From an uncultured Actinomycetes bacterium (GTDB lineage Bacteria; Actinomycetota; Actinomycetes; Streptosporangiales; Streptosporangiaceae), in NCBI GenBank assembly GCA_963844695.1, contig CAWJPL010000035.1, positions 1,457-65,456 on the forward strand: a stretch of 64,000 nt of DNA, in the 5' to 3' direction. Shown here one piece after another: positions 1-9,815 of this stretch. The position numbers were made by a program, and so were the translations under genes. The notes beneath the pieces are model-generated. The model saw only the letters and a list, made by a program, of their open reading frames with translations, was not told where the DNA came from and made no database searches. Within the stretch, counting starts at the first letter, position 1. Each line of letters starts with the position of its first letter.

Positions 1-546
1 GCCCACCTCGGTGACGTCCCCTGTCGCCAGGTTGACCATCAGCAGGCGGCGCCACGCGCCGCTCGAACGCCGGATCCCCCGCTCGAGTTCCGACGCACCG
101 CCGGTGACGAACGTCCCGGACACCTCCCGCGAATATGAGCCCGGATCGGCGGCGAGGACCAGCAGCCGCTGACCGTCCTGCGACCAGGTGAGCTGCTCGG
201 CCGATCCCGGGAAGCTCGCCGCGAGGACCGGCTCCGCTCCGGGCGCCATCGTGTAAGGGAGGTGGTGGCCGGCGAGCAGCCGATCTGAGATGCAGGCCAG
301 CCGCGATCCGTCCGGCGACCAGAGGGGATGGGTGTCGGCGGAGGGACCGCCGGTGAGCCGGACCGGGTCGGCGTCCCCCTCGGCGATCCACAGGTCGCTC
401 GGCTGTGTCACCCCGTGCTCGGAGACCACCGCGTGCAGGGTGAACGCGAACCGTGATCCGCCCGGGGCGAATTCGATCTCCATCGGCGTGCGCACCGCCA
501 GCAGCGATTCTGCGGTCGGCGGCTGCCCTGCGGCACGCTCGGTCAT
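1..546 (-). CDS. S9-type peptidase / TolB-like beta-propeller protein, N-terminal part (gene runs off the left edge)
   Basis: Absent from the ORF track because there is no stop inside the window. My reverse translation from ATG 546..544 reads MTERAAGQPPTAESLLAVRTPMEIEFAPGGSRFAFTLHAV...DLWIAEGDADPVRLTGGPSADTHPLWSPDGSRLACISDR...LTWSQDGQRLLVLAADPG. The repeated WSPDG/WSQDG blade motifs match acylaminoacyl-peptidase N-domains. A purine-rich GGGGAGAGGGGA lies just upstream of the ATG. Confidence 0.6.
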   Translation of the reverse strand, partial: MTERAAGQPPTAESLLAVRTPMEIEFAPGGSRFAFTLHAVVSEHGVTQPSDLWIAEGDADPVRLTGGPSADTHPLWSPDGSRLACISDRLLAGHHLPYTMAPGAEPVLAASFPGSAEQLTWSQDGQRLLVLAADPGSYSREVSGTFVTGGASELERGIRRSSGAWRRLLMVNLATGDVTEVG

Positions 547-722
547 GTCCGGTGTCCCCTCTCCCCTGCGCCCTCGCCGGACTGCCCTCAGCCCTGCTGC
601 CGGGCCCCGGTGGCTGGGCCGTCCCGGGTCTGCTCGCGCTGGCCCGACGGTAGCCCACCGAAGGTCACCGCGCGGCAGGCACCGGCCGCTTTCCCGCAAC
701 CCGAGGGCGCTGGGATGATGCG

Positions 723-1901
723 GTGATGGCGGATCAGATCGAGCCGTTCGTGGTCGGCGTGGACGGCGCAGCGCTGGATGACTTGCGTGACCGGCTGCGG
801 CGGGCGCGGTGGCCCGAGCGCGAGACGGTGAGCGACTGGTCGCAAGGCGTCCCGCTGGGTTACCTGCAGGACCTGTGCGGCTACTGGGCCAGCCGTTACG
901 ACTGGCGGGCCACCGAGGCGCGCCTCAACAAGATCCCGCAGTTCACCACCAGGATCGAAGGCCTGGATGTGCACTTCCTGCACCTGCGCTCCCCGTATCC
1001 CCACGCGATGCCGCTGATCATGACCCATGGCTGGCCCGGGTCGTTCCTTGAGTTCGAGCAGGTCCTCGGGCCGCTGACCGATCCGCCCGCGCACGGGGGT
1101 GACGCAGGCGACGCGTTCGACGTGGTCGTGCCGTCGCTTCCTGGCTACGGGTTCAGCGGCAAGCCAGCCAGCGCCGGCTGGGACATCCACCGCATCGCCC
1201 GGGCCTGGGCTGAGCTGATGACCCGCCTGGGCTACGACCGGTTCCTGGCCGAGGGCAGCGACTGGGGTACCAGCGTGTCCACCAGCCTGGCGCGGCAACG
1301 GCCCGGCCGCCTGCTGGGCATCCACCTCGTCCCGCCGCTGGCGCCACCCGGCCGGGACGCCGCCGAGCTGACCGCGCGCGAACGCGCCGCCCTGGCCGAC
1401 CTCGACGAACGCGGCGGCAGCGGCTCGGGCTACTCAGCGGAGCAGGGCACCCGGCCGCAGACCATCGGTTACTCGCTGACCGACTCACCGGCCGGGCTGT
1501 GCGCCTGGATCGTGGAGAAACTGTGGGCCTGGACCGATCATCCCGGCGACCTCAGCCAGGTTCTCACCGCCGACCAGGTGCTGGACAACATCACCTTGTA
1601 CTGGCTGACCGGTACCGGCGCCTCCTCCGCCCGGCTGTACTGGGAGAGCATCGCCCAGGTCACTGAATGGTTCACCACCGCCACCGACGACGCCATCACC
1701 GTCCCGGCCGGATGCAGCGTCTTCCCCAGGGAAGTACCGCGGCCCTCGCGCCGCCAGGCCCAGCGGCGCTTCGCCAACATCGTGTACTGGAACGAACCCG
1801 GCCGCGGCGGCCACTTCGCGGCCTGGGAGCAGCCCGCCGCCTTCGTCGGCGAAGTCCGCGCCGTCGCCCGAAGCTGCCACCGGGCCAGTCCCCAGACCTG
1901 A
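723..1901 (+). CDS. epoxide hydrolase (microsomal/EHN type, alpha/beta hydrolase)
   Basis: 392-aa ORF. It has an EHN-like N-terminus (IEPFVVGVDGAALDDLRDRLRRARWPE), the HGWPGSFLEF motif, and an alpha/beta-hydrolase core. Confidence 0.9.
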   Translation: MMADQIEPFVVGVDGAALDDLRDRLRRARWPERETVSDWSQGVPLGYLQDLCGYWASRYDWRATEARLNKIPQFTTRIEGLDVHFLHLRSPYPHAMPLIMTHGWPGSFLEFEQVLGPLTDPPAHGGDAGDAFDVVVPSLPGYGFSGKPASAGWDIHRIARAWAELMTRLGYDRFLAEGSDWGTSVSTSLARQRPGRLLGIHLVPPLAPPGRDAAELTARERAALADLDERGGSGSGYSAEQGTRPQTIGYSLTDSPAGLCAWIVEKLWAWTDHPGDLSQVLTADQVLDNITLYWLTGTGASSARLYWESIAQVTEWFTTATDDAITVPAGCSVFPREVPRPSRRQAQRRFANIVYWNEPGRGGHFAAWEQPAAFVGEVRAVARSCHRASPQT

Positions 1902-1963
1902 CTACGACCGTGGGCCACGGCCGTCACGCCGGGATTCCTGGATGCCGGGATGCCGGGGCCTGG

Positions 1964-2278
1964 TCACAGCGTCTGTGCGACCTCGTAGTGGGTCACGGTG
2001 GTCTCGCGGTCGATGAGGTAGTCGTCATCCTCCGGGTAGAAGACAGCGACCTCGATGTTCTGGCCCGCGAAGCCCTCGACGTCCGTCAGGGACGACCACC
2101 AGCTGACCGTCATGACTTCGGTTTGGCCGTCGCCGAGATCTGTCGTCCACATCTGGGCGCCCAGATTGCCAGGTGTCTGCTTGTAGCCGCTCAGCCCCGT
2201 GCTGGTGATGTACTCGACGTAGGCCGCCGCCTGCTCAGTCCTGACCCAGCCGCGCCATGTCCGGGCAATCATCGTCAC
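1964..2278 (-). CDS. small ABM/Dabb-like (antibiotic-biosynthesis-monooxygenase fold) protein
   Basis: 104-aa ORF with strong GC3 bias, convergent with the epoxide hydrolase. The family call rests on size and sequence pattern only. Confidence 0.6.
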   Translation of the reverse strand: MTMIARTWRGWVRTEQAAAYVEYITSTGLSGYKQTPGNLGAQMWTTDLGDGQTEVMTVSWWSSLTDVEGFAGQNIEVAVFYPEDDDYLIDRETTVTHYEVAQTL

Positions 2279-2406
2279 TCCTTCGCCTCACCGGTGCCGG
2301 TTGACCCGGCTCGAAACCTGCACCTACCCGGCATCAGCGACTGAAAGCCGCCGGCCCGCCAAAGGACTGCCTGCCCGGAGAACGAGGCCATCGGTACGAT
2401 CGCCAG

Positions 2407-4476
2407 ATGAGAGCCCTGCGGCAGGTCATCCCCCGGGCGGCCGCGCTGGCCGCCAGCGTCGCGATGGTCGCCAGCGCCGCAGCCGCGCTGGCGCTAGGGC
2501 CGGCCGGCCCCCCGGCGTCCGCGGCGGCCCGGGCAGCAGTCGCCAGCCGCGCGGCGGGGCTGCAGGTGGGCACGATCACCCTGCGCCGGTGCGCCGCGAA
2601 ACCGCTCACCTTCTGCGGGAGCCTGGCGGTGCCGCTGGACTACTCCTCAGCGGCCAGCCCCCGGATCCAGGTGGGCTTCCGCTGGCTGCCGGCCACCGGT
2701 GCGGCCGCCGGGACCATCCTCGCCGTGGAAGGCGGGCCCGGGTACGCCTCCACCGGCTCCGAGCCGGAGTACCAGGCGATGGCCGGCCGGCTGCTGGCCA
2801 CCCGCAACCTGCTGCTGATCGACCTGCGCGGCACCGGCACGTCCACCCCGGTGAAGTGCCCAGGGCTCGAGCACGCCGGCGCGAAACAGCACGGCCGCCG
2901 CTTCGACCATCTGGTCGCGGCCTGCGGCACACGGCTGAACCACACCTGGCACTACCGGGACGGCGGCTGGGTGCACGCCTCCGACTTGTTCAACACCGCC
3001 TACTCAGCCCGGGACGTGGCAGGTGTGCTGCGCGCCCTGCGGCTCGGCCGGGTGGACCTGTACGGGGACTCCTACGGCAGCTGGTTCGCCCAGGTGTTCG
3101 CGTCCCGGTACCCGGGCCGGCTGCGTTCGGTGACGCTGGACTCCACGTATCAGGTCCTGGGGCTCGATCCCTGGTACACCACGACGGTGCTGACCGCCCG
3201 GCGTGCCTTCGCCCAGGCCTGCGAGCGGTCTGCGGCCTGCGCCGCTGCTACCCGCGGCGGGCGCGCCTGGGCACGGATCGGGGCGCTGGCCCGGCGGCTG
3301 GCCCGGCGGCCGGTCAGCGGCCCGACCACGACGGCGTCCGGCACCCGCGGCCGGCTGACGGTGACCCCGCTGACCCTCGTCAACCTGGTCAACAACGCCG
3401 GCTTCGACCCGGTCGTCTACCAGGATCTGGACGCGGCCGCCCGGGCCCTGCTGCGCCACGGCGACGCCGCCCCACTGCTCCGCGTCGCCGCACTGTCACT
3501 GGGCTTCGACGACACGAACGAACCGCTGCCCGGGTTCAGCGACGGGCTGTACTTCGCCGTCTCATGCACCGACTACGTGCAGCTCTTCGACCGGTCCGCA
3601 CCGCCCCGGGTCAGGCACCGCCAGTACCGGGCGGCGCTGCGCCGCGAGCCGGCGACCACCTTCGCGCCGTTCAGCGTGGCACAGTGGACCTCGCTGGACC
3701 AGTACACCGAGGCCTACAGCGGTTGCCTGGACTGGCCCGCGCCGACCCACCACAATCGGCCGATCACCAGGCGGCCGCCGCTTGTCCCGGCCCGGCTGCC
3801 GGTGCTCATCCTGTCCGGGAGCCTCGATTCGCTGACCCCCCGGCTGGACGGCGCCACCCTGGTCGCCCGGCAGATGGGCCCCTCAGCCCGGCTGGTCACG
3901 CTGGCCAACCTGACTCATGTCACCGAGCAGGACGGCGACAGCGGCTGCGCCATGTCGATCTACCAGCGCTTCGTCTCCGATCCCGGCGGGCTGCCCGACG
4001 AGAACACCTCGTGCGCGGGCCGCGTGTCCCCGATCCACACTGTCGGCAGCTACCCGCGGGTACTGGCCGACGCCGTCCCGGCGAGCCCGCTGCCTGGCAA
4101 CCACGCCGGCCGCCAGGCCCTCCGCGCCGCCACCGTGGCCCTGGCCAGCGTGGGTGACGAGGTAAGCCGCTGGCCGTTGCTCAGCGGGAACCGGGACCTG
4201 GGGCTGCGCGGTGGCCGGGTCGCCTTCTCCGGCGGAACTGACCTGAAGATCACCCTGCGTGGCGTGCGGTGGGTGCGCGGCGCGGTCGTCGATGGCACCG
4301 CTGTCTGGGATCAGTCGTCCGGCTGGGTGACCGCCCGGCTTACCGTCCGCCCGGACGGCGGCGCGGTGGTCCGGCTGACCGGCCGATGGCGAGTGTTCGG
4401 CACCCAGCGGCAGCCCGCGGTGGTGCACGGCTCCCAGGGCGGCCGCCGTCTGGCCGCACGGTGCCCGGCGCCCTGA
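2407..4476 (+). CDS. secreted alpha/beta hydrolase, tripeptidyl-aminopeptidase (TAP/S33)-like
   Basis: 689-aa ORF. It has a signal-peptide-like N-terminus (MRALRQVIPRAAALAASVAMVASAAAALA), the DLRGTGTSTPVKC motif, a GDSYGSW nucleophile elbow and a long C-terminal TAP-like region. Confidence 0.85.
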   Translation: MRALRQVIPRAAALAASVAMVASAAAALALGPAGPPASAAARAAVASRAAGLQVGTITLRRCAAKPLTFCGSLAVPLDYSSAASPRIQVGFRWLPATGAAAGTILAVEGGPGYASTGSEPEYQAMAGRLLATRNLLLIDLRGTGTSTPVKCPGLEHAGAKQHGRRFDHLVAACGTRLNHTWHYRDGGWVHASDLFNTAYSARDVAGVLRALRLGRVDLYGDSYGSWFAQVFASRYPGRLRSVTLDSTYQVLGLDPWYTTTVLTARRAFAQACERSAACAAATRGGRAWARIGALARRLARRPVSGPTTTASGTRGRLTVTPLTLVNLVNNAGFDPVVYQDLDAAARALLRHGDAAPLLRVAALSLGFDDTNEPLPGFSDGLYFAVSCTDYVQLFDRSAPPRVRHRQYRAALRREPATTFAPFSVAQWTSLDQYTEAYSGCLDWPAPTHHNRPITRRPPLVPARLPVLILSGSLDSLTPRLDGATLVARQMGPSARLVTLANLTHVTEQDGDSGCAMSIYQRFVSDPGGLPDENTSCAGRVSPIHTVGSYPRVLADAVPASPLPGNHAGRQALRAATVALASVGDEVSRWPLLSGNRDLGLRGGRVAFSGGTDLKITLRGVRWVRGAVVDGTAVWDQSSGWVTARLTVRPDGGAVVRLTGRWRVFGTQRQPAVVHGSQGGRRLAARCPAP

Positions 4477-4516
4477 CCGCGGGGACGGCCCCGCGGCCGC
4501 GGCCCGGGCGGCCGGG

Positions 4517-5155
4517 TCATCCGCCGTCGCCGTCCGGGCGGACGGCCCGGAAGTAACGCAGCAGCGGCAGGTCACCGTACTCTTCGACGCGGAATCCCGC
4601 CGCCGCGGCCAGGTCCCCGATCAGCGCCGGGGCGTTATGGCGCATGGAGCGGCCGCCGGAGTGCAGGGCCAGACGACTGCGGGACGGACGGAAGTCGGCG
4701 ACCAGCAGCCGGCCCCCGGGGCGGAGCGCCCGGTACATCTCACCGAACGCGGCCGGGCGCTCCGGTTCGGGGATGTGATGGATGGCGAGCGTGGAGGTCA
4801 CCACGTCGAACGAGCCGTCGGGCACATCCAGCGCCTGGGCGGTGCCGACGGTGAACGAGCAGTTGCCCGGGGCTCGCCGCCTGGCGTAGGCGATCGCCGC
4901 AGCGGCGGGATCGACGCCGGTGACCTGGCCGCCTGGCGTGACGGCCGCCGCCAGCAAGCGGGCGAGATAACCCCCGCTGCACCCGACGTCCAGGACACGT
5001 TCCCCGGGCTGGGCACCGCTGAGGGCCACGATGCGCTCGTACACCCGGCGGCGCCGGCCGCCGAACGCGATCGCGCTGACCGTCTCGTACCTGCGGACGC
5101 GGCCGATGATCTCCCCCTGAGGGCCTGCATGACCAAGCTGAGCCGGCTGGCACAC
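4517..5155 (-). CDS. class I SAM-dependent methyltransferase
   Basis: 212-aa ORF with motif I VLDVGCSGGYLA and the downstream LRPGGRLLVADF. Confidence 0.85.
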   Translation of the reverse strand: MCQPAQLGHAGPQGEIIGRVRRYETVSAIAFGGRRRRVYERIVALSGAQPGERVLDVGCSGGYLARLLAAAVTPGGQVTGVDPAAAAIAYARRRAPGNCSFTVGTAQALDVPDGSFDVVTSTLAIHHIPEPERPAAFGEMYRALRPGGRLLVADFRPSRSRLALHSGGRSMRHNAPALIGDLAAAAGFRVEEYGDLPLLRYFRAVRPDGDGG

Positions 5156-5169
5156 CAGCGCTCTCCCTT

Positions 5170-5185
5170 CTTAGTGGCGACTAAG
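5170..5185. promoter_or_regulatory. 16-bp palindrome CTTAGT-N4-ACTAAG (putative TetR operator, site 1)
   Basis: The sequence cttagtggcgactaag has perfect 6-bp inverted arms. It lies 15 bp upstream of the methyltransferase start codon (5155). Confidence 0.5.
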
Positions 5186-5195
5186 TTTCTATTAA

Positions 5196-5211
5196 CTTAG
5201 TCTCCGCTAAG
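5196..5211. promoter_or_regulatory. palindrome CTTAGT-N4-GCTAAG (putative TetR operator, site 2)
   Basis: The sequence cttagtctccgctaag has 5/6 inverted arms. Its centre is 26 bp from site 1. Confidence 0.45.
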
Positions 5212-5279
5212 TTAGTTGGCAAGAGGGGACAATACGCAGCCCAAACGAGAACCCACCGGGGTCCGCCAGGTTCCGGGAA

Positions 5280-5924
5280 TCAGCCTTCGTGGCGCGCGGA
5301 CGCGGATGGCGGGGCGATGGCACCGAGGGCGAGCGCGGCTACCCGGGGTTCAAGATGGGCGACCCCGGGCAGGCCGGCCGCACGTAGCGATCGCGTCGAC
5401 AGGACCGACAGCAGCAGCCACGCGGCCGCGTCGGGGTCCACGTCGTCCCGGATGTCCCCGTCAGCCTGGCCCCGCCGGACCAGTCCGGCGAGGTGCCCGG
5501 CGACCACCGCGGCCACCCGGCTGGCCGCCTCGCCGGCCCCGGGATCGGCTAGCAAGGAGGCCGCGTCCGCGAAGAGCACGCGGTGCGGCCCGGGTCCATG
5601 CGGCTCCCCGGCCTGGGACGGGCTGAGAATGTGGGCCAGCAGGCCGGCGGCCGGGCCGTCATCCCCCGGCCGGCCGTGCAACTCCGCATCGAGGTCACCG
5701 GCCACGCGGTCGAGCACGGCGGCGAACAGGGCCGCTTTGGACCCGAAGTTCTGGAAGATCACCGGCTCGGTCACCCCGACCCGGCCGGCCACGTCGGACA
5801 CCTTCCCGGCGCGATAGCCAACCTCAGCGAACACCCCGGTCGCGGCGTCGAGAATCGACTCACGGCGCTGGGCGGCGGTCAGCCGGGTGCGCCGGGACGG
5901 CCCGGCCTGGCCCGCGGTCGGCAT
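5280..5924 (-). CDS. TetR/AcrR family transcriptional regulator
   Basis: 214-aa ORF with an N-terminal HTH (RRESILDAATGVFAEVGYRAGKVSDVAGRVGVTEPVIFQNFGSKAALF). Confidence 0.9.
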   Translation of the reverse strand: MPTAGQAGPSRRTRLTAAQRRESILDAATGVFAEVGYRAGKVSDVAGRVGVTEPVIFQNFGSKAALFAAVLDRVAGDLDAELHGRPGDDGPAAGLLAHILSPSQAGEPHGPGPHRVLFADAASLLADPGAGEAASRVAAVVAGHLAGLVRRGQADGDIRDDVDPDAAAWLLLSVLSTRSLRAAGLPGVAHLEPRVAALALGAIAPPSASARHEG

Positions 5925-5941
5925 GGCAGCCCCCTCGGCAG

Positions 5942-8776
5942 TTAGCTACAGCACAGGTGAGCTACAGCCAGCTTAGTCACCACTAAGTATAAGCCTGACG
6001 CGGCTAAGACACGGCTGACCGACGTGCCGACGTCGGACAGCGCCCGGCGGAGCTCCTTGCGGGAGCTGATCCCGAGCTTTCCGAACACCTTGCTCAGGTG
6101 CCACTCCACCGTGCGCGGACTGAGGAAGAGCTGGGCCCCGATCTCCGGGTTCGTCTGCCCGCCGGCGGCCAGCCGCGCGACCTGGACCTCCTGCGGGGTC
6201 AGCTCGTCGAGCGTCTCGACCGTACGCTTACGCACCGTCTCGCCGGTGGCCAGCAGCTCGCGCCGGGCCCGCTCGGCGAACGCCTCCATGCCGATGTCCG
6301 AGAGCATCACGTACGCGACTCGCAGCTGCTCGCGAGCGTCGGCGCGACGGTGCTCGCGCCGCAGCCATTCGCCGTACAGAAGGTGCGCGCGGGCCAGCGT
6401 CGCACAGATCTTGATGCGCGACAGCCGTTCGATCGCCTCCTGGTAGAGCCGCTCGGCCGCACCCCCCTCGGCCAGCATCGCCGCCGTGCGCGCGTGGGTC
6501 CCAAGCGCCCAGTCCGTGCCGGCGGCCTGCGTTATCTCAGCGAGCTGGGCCAGCGGACCGGCCGCGCGGTCCGCTTGGCCGCTGCGCGCGGCGCCCTCAA
6601 TCAGCTCCGCCAGCAGCCAGATCGACGGCCCCAGCCCGCGCGCGGCCTCGGTGGCCCGCTCGGCCGCGGCCAGGGCGTCCTCGTATCGGCCGAGCCCGTT
6701 ATAGCGGATCGCGCTGCCCCAGTCGTTGGCCACGAGCCAGAGCCCTTCGCCGCGCCGCAGCACATCCTCCCGTCGCTCCTCGATGAGGGCCAGCGCCACG
6801 GCGTCCCGTCCCCGCCAGTTCTCCAGCACGATCGAGGTGCGCAGCGTCAGGTGACTACCAGTGGCCTCGACGACGGCGTCTGACTCGGCGGCCAGCGACA
6901 TCGCCGCCTCGGTCCGGCCTGAGAACAGCTCGACGAGCACCCGGTCGGTGAGCGCGAGGGGCAGCGCGGAGAACGCGCCGGCCCGGCGCGCGACATCGAG
7001 ATGGCGCGCGGTGAGTTCGTCCCACGCCTCATCGTCGGCCAGCGCCCGGGCTACCCGGCAGGCCAGCCACAGCCAGCGCAGCTCGTCCTCCTCGGAGAGC
7101 GGCTCGTCCCGGAACGCGCGCAGCGCGACCTTCAACGCCGGCGCCCCTTTGACGTAGCCTTCCCGGGTGAGGAGGGCGAGCCCGTCCAGCAGCAGATCGC
7201 AGGCGCGCGCGGAGGGCTCCCAGTGAGCGGCCAGAACGGCCGCGGCGACCTCGCGGGCGTCGCCTCCGCGCACGAGGCGGTCGGCGGAGAACGCAGCTGC
7301 GAACGCCTCGAGGTAGGTCTCGCGGGCGAGCCTAGGCTCTAGCGGTTCGAGCCGCCTGGCCGCCTCGAGCAGCAGGGGCGGAGCATCGCGGCCGCGCGTC
7401 ATGGCGAACGTGATCTGCGCGTGCAACAGCTGCGCGCGGGCTCGCTCATGCTCGTCCAGCGGCCCGGCCTGCGCCATCGCCAGCAGCCGGAGCGCGGCGT
7501 CAGGCGCGCCAGCCTGGTGCTTGCCCTGCGCGGCGAGGAGCGCACGCTGCGCCCGGCGCCTCAGATCGGGTGTCAGCTCGGCGGCGCGCTCGTGAAAAGC
7601 CGCCCCCGCCGCCAGGCCGCCACGGGCCCGCGCCCGCCCGGCCGATCGCTCCAGTTCGGCAGCGACGTCCTCGTCGAGCCCGGCCGCCGCCTCAGCCCGG
7701 TGCCAGGCGCGGCGATCCGGATCGGCGTCGGCGTCGGTAGCCTCGGCGAGCGCGCGGTGCACACGCCGGCGCTCCTCCGGCGTGCCAGCGCGATAGACCG
7801 CCGAGCGCACGAGCGGATGGCTGAAGCGCACCCGCGCGCCGAAGGCAACGAGTCCCAGGGCGGCTGCCGACGCGGCCGCGTCCGGCCCGACGCCGAGCCG
7901 GGCGGCTGCCCGCCACACCAGCACCGGATCCCCGACCGGCTCAGCCGCCGCGACGAGAAGCAAGAGCCGCGTCAACGGCGGGAGCGGCGCGAGCCGCTCC
8001 CGGAAGCTCTGCTCGATCCGTCCCGGCACCGCCGGGGCGCCGGACAGCCCGAACCCGCCCGCGAGCTCGGCGGGTGTCCGGCCACGCGGCAGCTCAAGCA
8101 GGGCCAGCGGGTTGCCACGCGTCTCGGCCACGATCCGGTCACGCACCCGCTCATCGAGCGGACCGGCGAGCACTGTCCCGAGCAGCTCCTGCGCGTCAGC
8201 GTCGTCCAGCCCGCCCACGGCGAGCTCCGGCAGGCCCTCAAGATGCTGCTCGCCGCCTGGCTCGCGCACAGCGAAGACCAGCCCGACCGACTCCGCGCCG
8301 AGACGGCGCGCGACGAAGCCCAGCGCCTGGGCGGACGCCGCATCGAGCCACTGCGCGTCGTCCACGACGCAGACGAGCGGCCGCTTTTCCGCGACGTCGG
8401 ACAGCAGACTCAGCACCGCCAGGCCGACGAGGAACCGATCCGGCGCATCGCCGTCGCGCAGACCGAACGCCGTACCGAGCGCATCACGCTGCGGGCCGGG
8501 GAGGCGCTCCAGGCGATCCTGGAACGGCGCGCACAGCTGCTGCAACCCCGCGTACGCGAGTTCCATCTCCGACTCGACGCCAGCCGCCCGGACAACGTCG
8601 CATCCGGACGCATGTTGCACCAGGTACTCCAGCAGCGCGGTCTTCCCGGCCCCGGCGTCCCCGCACAGCACCAGCGCCCGGCTCGGACCCGTGCGCACGC
8701 TCGCCACCAGCTCATCCAGCACTGCGCACTCGCTGCGCCGGCTGAGCAGCCGCCGCGCTGGAACAGGAACCGACAT
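5942..8776 (-). CDS. LAL-type (large ATP-binding LuxR family) transcriptional regulator
   Basis: Walker A GDAGAGKT near the N-terminus, a long helical/TPR-like middle, and a C-terminal LuxR HTH (LTPQEVQVARLAAGGQTNPEIGAQLFLSPRTVEWHLSKVFGKLGI). The ORF is open to 8947, but ATG 8776 (MSVPVPARRLLSRR...) is the plausible start. Confidence 0.9.
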   Translation of the reverse strand: MSVPVPARRLLSRRSECAVLDELVASVRTGPSRALVLCGDAGAGKTALLEYLVQHASGCDVVRAAGVESEMELAYAGLQQLCAPFQDRLERLPGPQRDALGTAFGLRDGDAPDRFLVGLAVLSLLSDVAEKRPLVCVVDDAQWLDAASAQALGFVARRLGAESVGLVFAVREPGGEQHLEGLPELAVGGLDDADAQELLGTVLAGPLDERVRDRIVAETRGNPLALLELPRGRTPAELAGGFGLSGAPAVPGRIEQSFRERLAPLPPLTRLLLLVAAAEPVGDPVLVWRAAARLGVGPDAAASAAALGLVAFGARVRFSHPLVRSAVYRAGTPEERRRVHRALAEATDADADPDRRAWHRAEAAAGLDEDVAAELERSAGRARARGGLAAGAAFHERAAELTPDLRRRAQRALLAAQGKHQAGAPDAALRLLAMAQAGPLDEHERARAQLLHAQITFAMTRGRDAPPLLLEAARRLEPLEPRLARETYLEAFAAAFSADRLVRGGDAREVAAAVLAAHWEPSARACDLLLDGLALLTREGYVKGAPALKVALRAFRDEPLSEEDELRWLWLACRVARALADDEAWDELTARHLDVARRAGAFSALPLALTDRVLVELFSGRTEAAMSLAAESDAVVEATGSHLTLRTSIVLENWRGRDAVALALIEERREDVLRRGEGLWLVANDWGSAIRYNGLGRYEDALAAAERATEAARGLGPSIWLLAELIEGAARSGQADRAAGPLAQLAEITQAAGTDWALGTHARTAAMLAEGGAAERLYQEAIERLSRIKICATLARAHLLYGEWLRREHRRADAREQLRVAYVMLSDIGMEAFAERARRELLATGETVRKRTVETLDELTPQEVQVARLAAGGQTNPEIGAQLFLSPRTVEWHLSKVFGKLGISSRKELRRALSDVGTSVSRVLAASGLYLVVTKLAVAHLCCS
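5972..5987. promoter_or_regulatory. 16-bp palindrome CTTAGT-N4-ACTAAG (putative TetR autoregulatory operator, site 3)
   Basis: The sequence cttagtcaccactaag has perfect arms. It lies 48 bp upstream of the TetR ATG (5924), inside the last codons of the upstream LuxR-family gene. Confidence 0.5.
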
Positions 8777-8946
8777 TGCCACCAACTGAGCGTACGGCAA
8801 CCCCACGTGGGCAACCGGCCCCGTGGACCCGTGCCCCCGGGATCTGGCCCCCGGGGGTCTGCACCAGTGGTTTTGCCGGGCGCGAAGGGCGGGCGTCGAG
8901 ACCACGCTTGGTGGCGACACCAAGACCCGCCGGGATGGAGATTTCA

Positions 8947-9780
8947 ATGCCGTTTGTGATGGCCGGGACTGAGAACAGTGCCGGGGTCGAGATCTACTAC
9001 GAAGACCACGGCAGCGGGCGGCCGGTGGTGCTGATCCACGGCTACCCGCTCAGCGGCCGGGCGTGGGACAAGCAGGTCCCGGTGCTGCTGGACGCCGGGT
9101 ACCGGGTCATCACCTATGACCGGCGGGGGTTCGGCAAGTCCAGCCAGCCCGCCACCGGCTATGACTACGACACGTTCGCCGCGGACCTGAACACGCTGCT
9201 GGAACACCTCGACCTGGACGGCGCTGTCCTGGCCGGGCATTCGATGGGCACCGGTGAGGTGACCCGCTACCTGGCCCGGTACGGCTCAGCCCGGGTCGCC
9301 AAAGGAGTGCTGGCCGCCCCGATCCCGCCGTATCTGCTGCAGGCCGGCGACAACCCCGAAGGGGTGCCCCAGGCCTTGTTCGACGGGTTCGCCCAGGCCG
9401 CCCGCACCGACACCCCGGCGTGGATGACGGGGTTTTTGGCCAGCTTCTACAACACCGACACCCTGCTCGGCACCCTGGTCAGCGACCAGGCCCTCGCCGC
9501 CAGCTGGAACCTGGCGGTCACCGCGTCCGCGACCGCCGCGGTGGCGTGCGTCGCGACCTGGGCCACCGACTTCCGCGACGACCTGCCGAAGATCGACGTG
9601 CCCATCCTGGTCATCCAGGGCGACGCCGACCAGGTCCTGCCCCTGGACAAGACCGGCGCGCGGCTCCCCGCCCTGATCAACGACGCCCACCTCGTCGTGG
9701 TCGAAGGCGGCCCGCACGCCATCCCCTGGACCCATCCCGCCCAGGTCAACACCGCCCTGCTCAGCTTCCTGCGCAACTAA
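8947..9780 (+). CDS. alpha/beta hydrolase, non-haem chloroperoxidase/perhydrolase-like
   Basis: The track ORF starts at TTG 8776. ATG 8947 after GGATGGAG gives about 277 aa. Motifs include MPFVMAGTENSAGVEIYYEDHGSGRPVVLIHGYPLSGRAWDKQ and the GHSMG nucleophile elbow. Confidence 0.85.
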   Translation: MPFVMAGTENSAGVEIYYEDHGSGRPVVLIHGYPLSGRAWDKQVPVLLDAGYRVITYDRRGFGKSSQPATGYDYDTFAADLNTLLEHLDLDGAVLAGHSMGTGEVTRYLARYGSARVAKGVLAAPIPPYLLQAGDNPEGVPQALFDGFAQAARTDTPAWMTGFLASFYNTDTLLGTLVSDQALAASWNLAVTASATAAVACVATWATDFRDDLPKIDVPILVIQGDADQVLPLDKTGARLPALINDAHLVVVEGGPHAIPWTHPAQVNTALLSFLRN

Positions 9781-9815
9781 ACCCCGGCGGCCAGCCACCA
9801 CCCCCAGGAGTCACC

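Noticed and set aside
2301-4157. 618-aa ORF overlapping the TAP-like hydrolase in another frame
   Set aside because: Arg/Pro/Gly-rich low-complexity translation typical of off-frame reading in high-GC DNA. The overlapping frame 2407..4476 has clear hydrolase motifs.
7421-8959. 512-aa ORF (and several shorter ones) antisense to the LAL regulator
   Set aside because: Low-complexity R/P/A-rich sequence with no motifs. The opposite strand encodes a well-supported Walker-A/LuxR protein.
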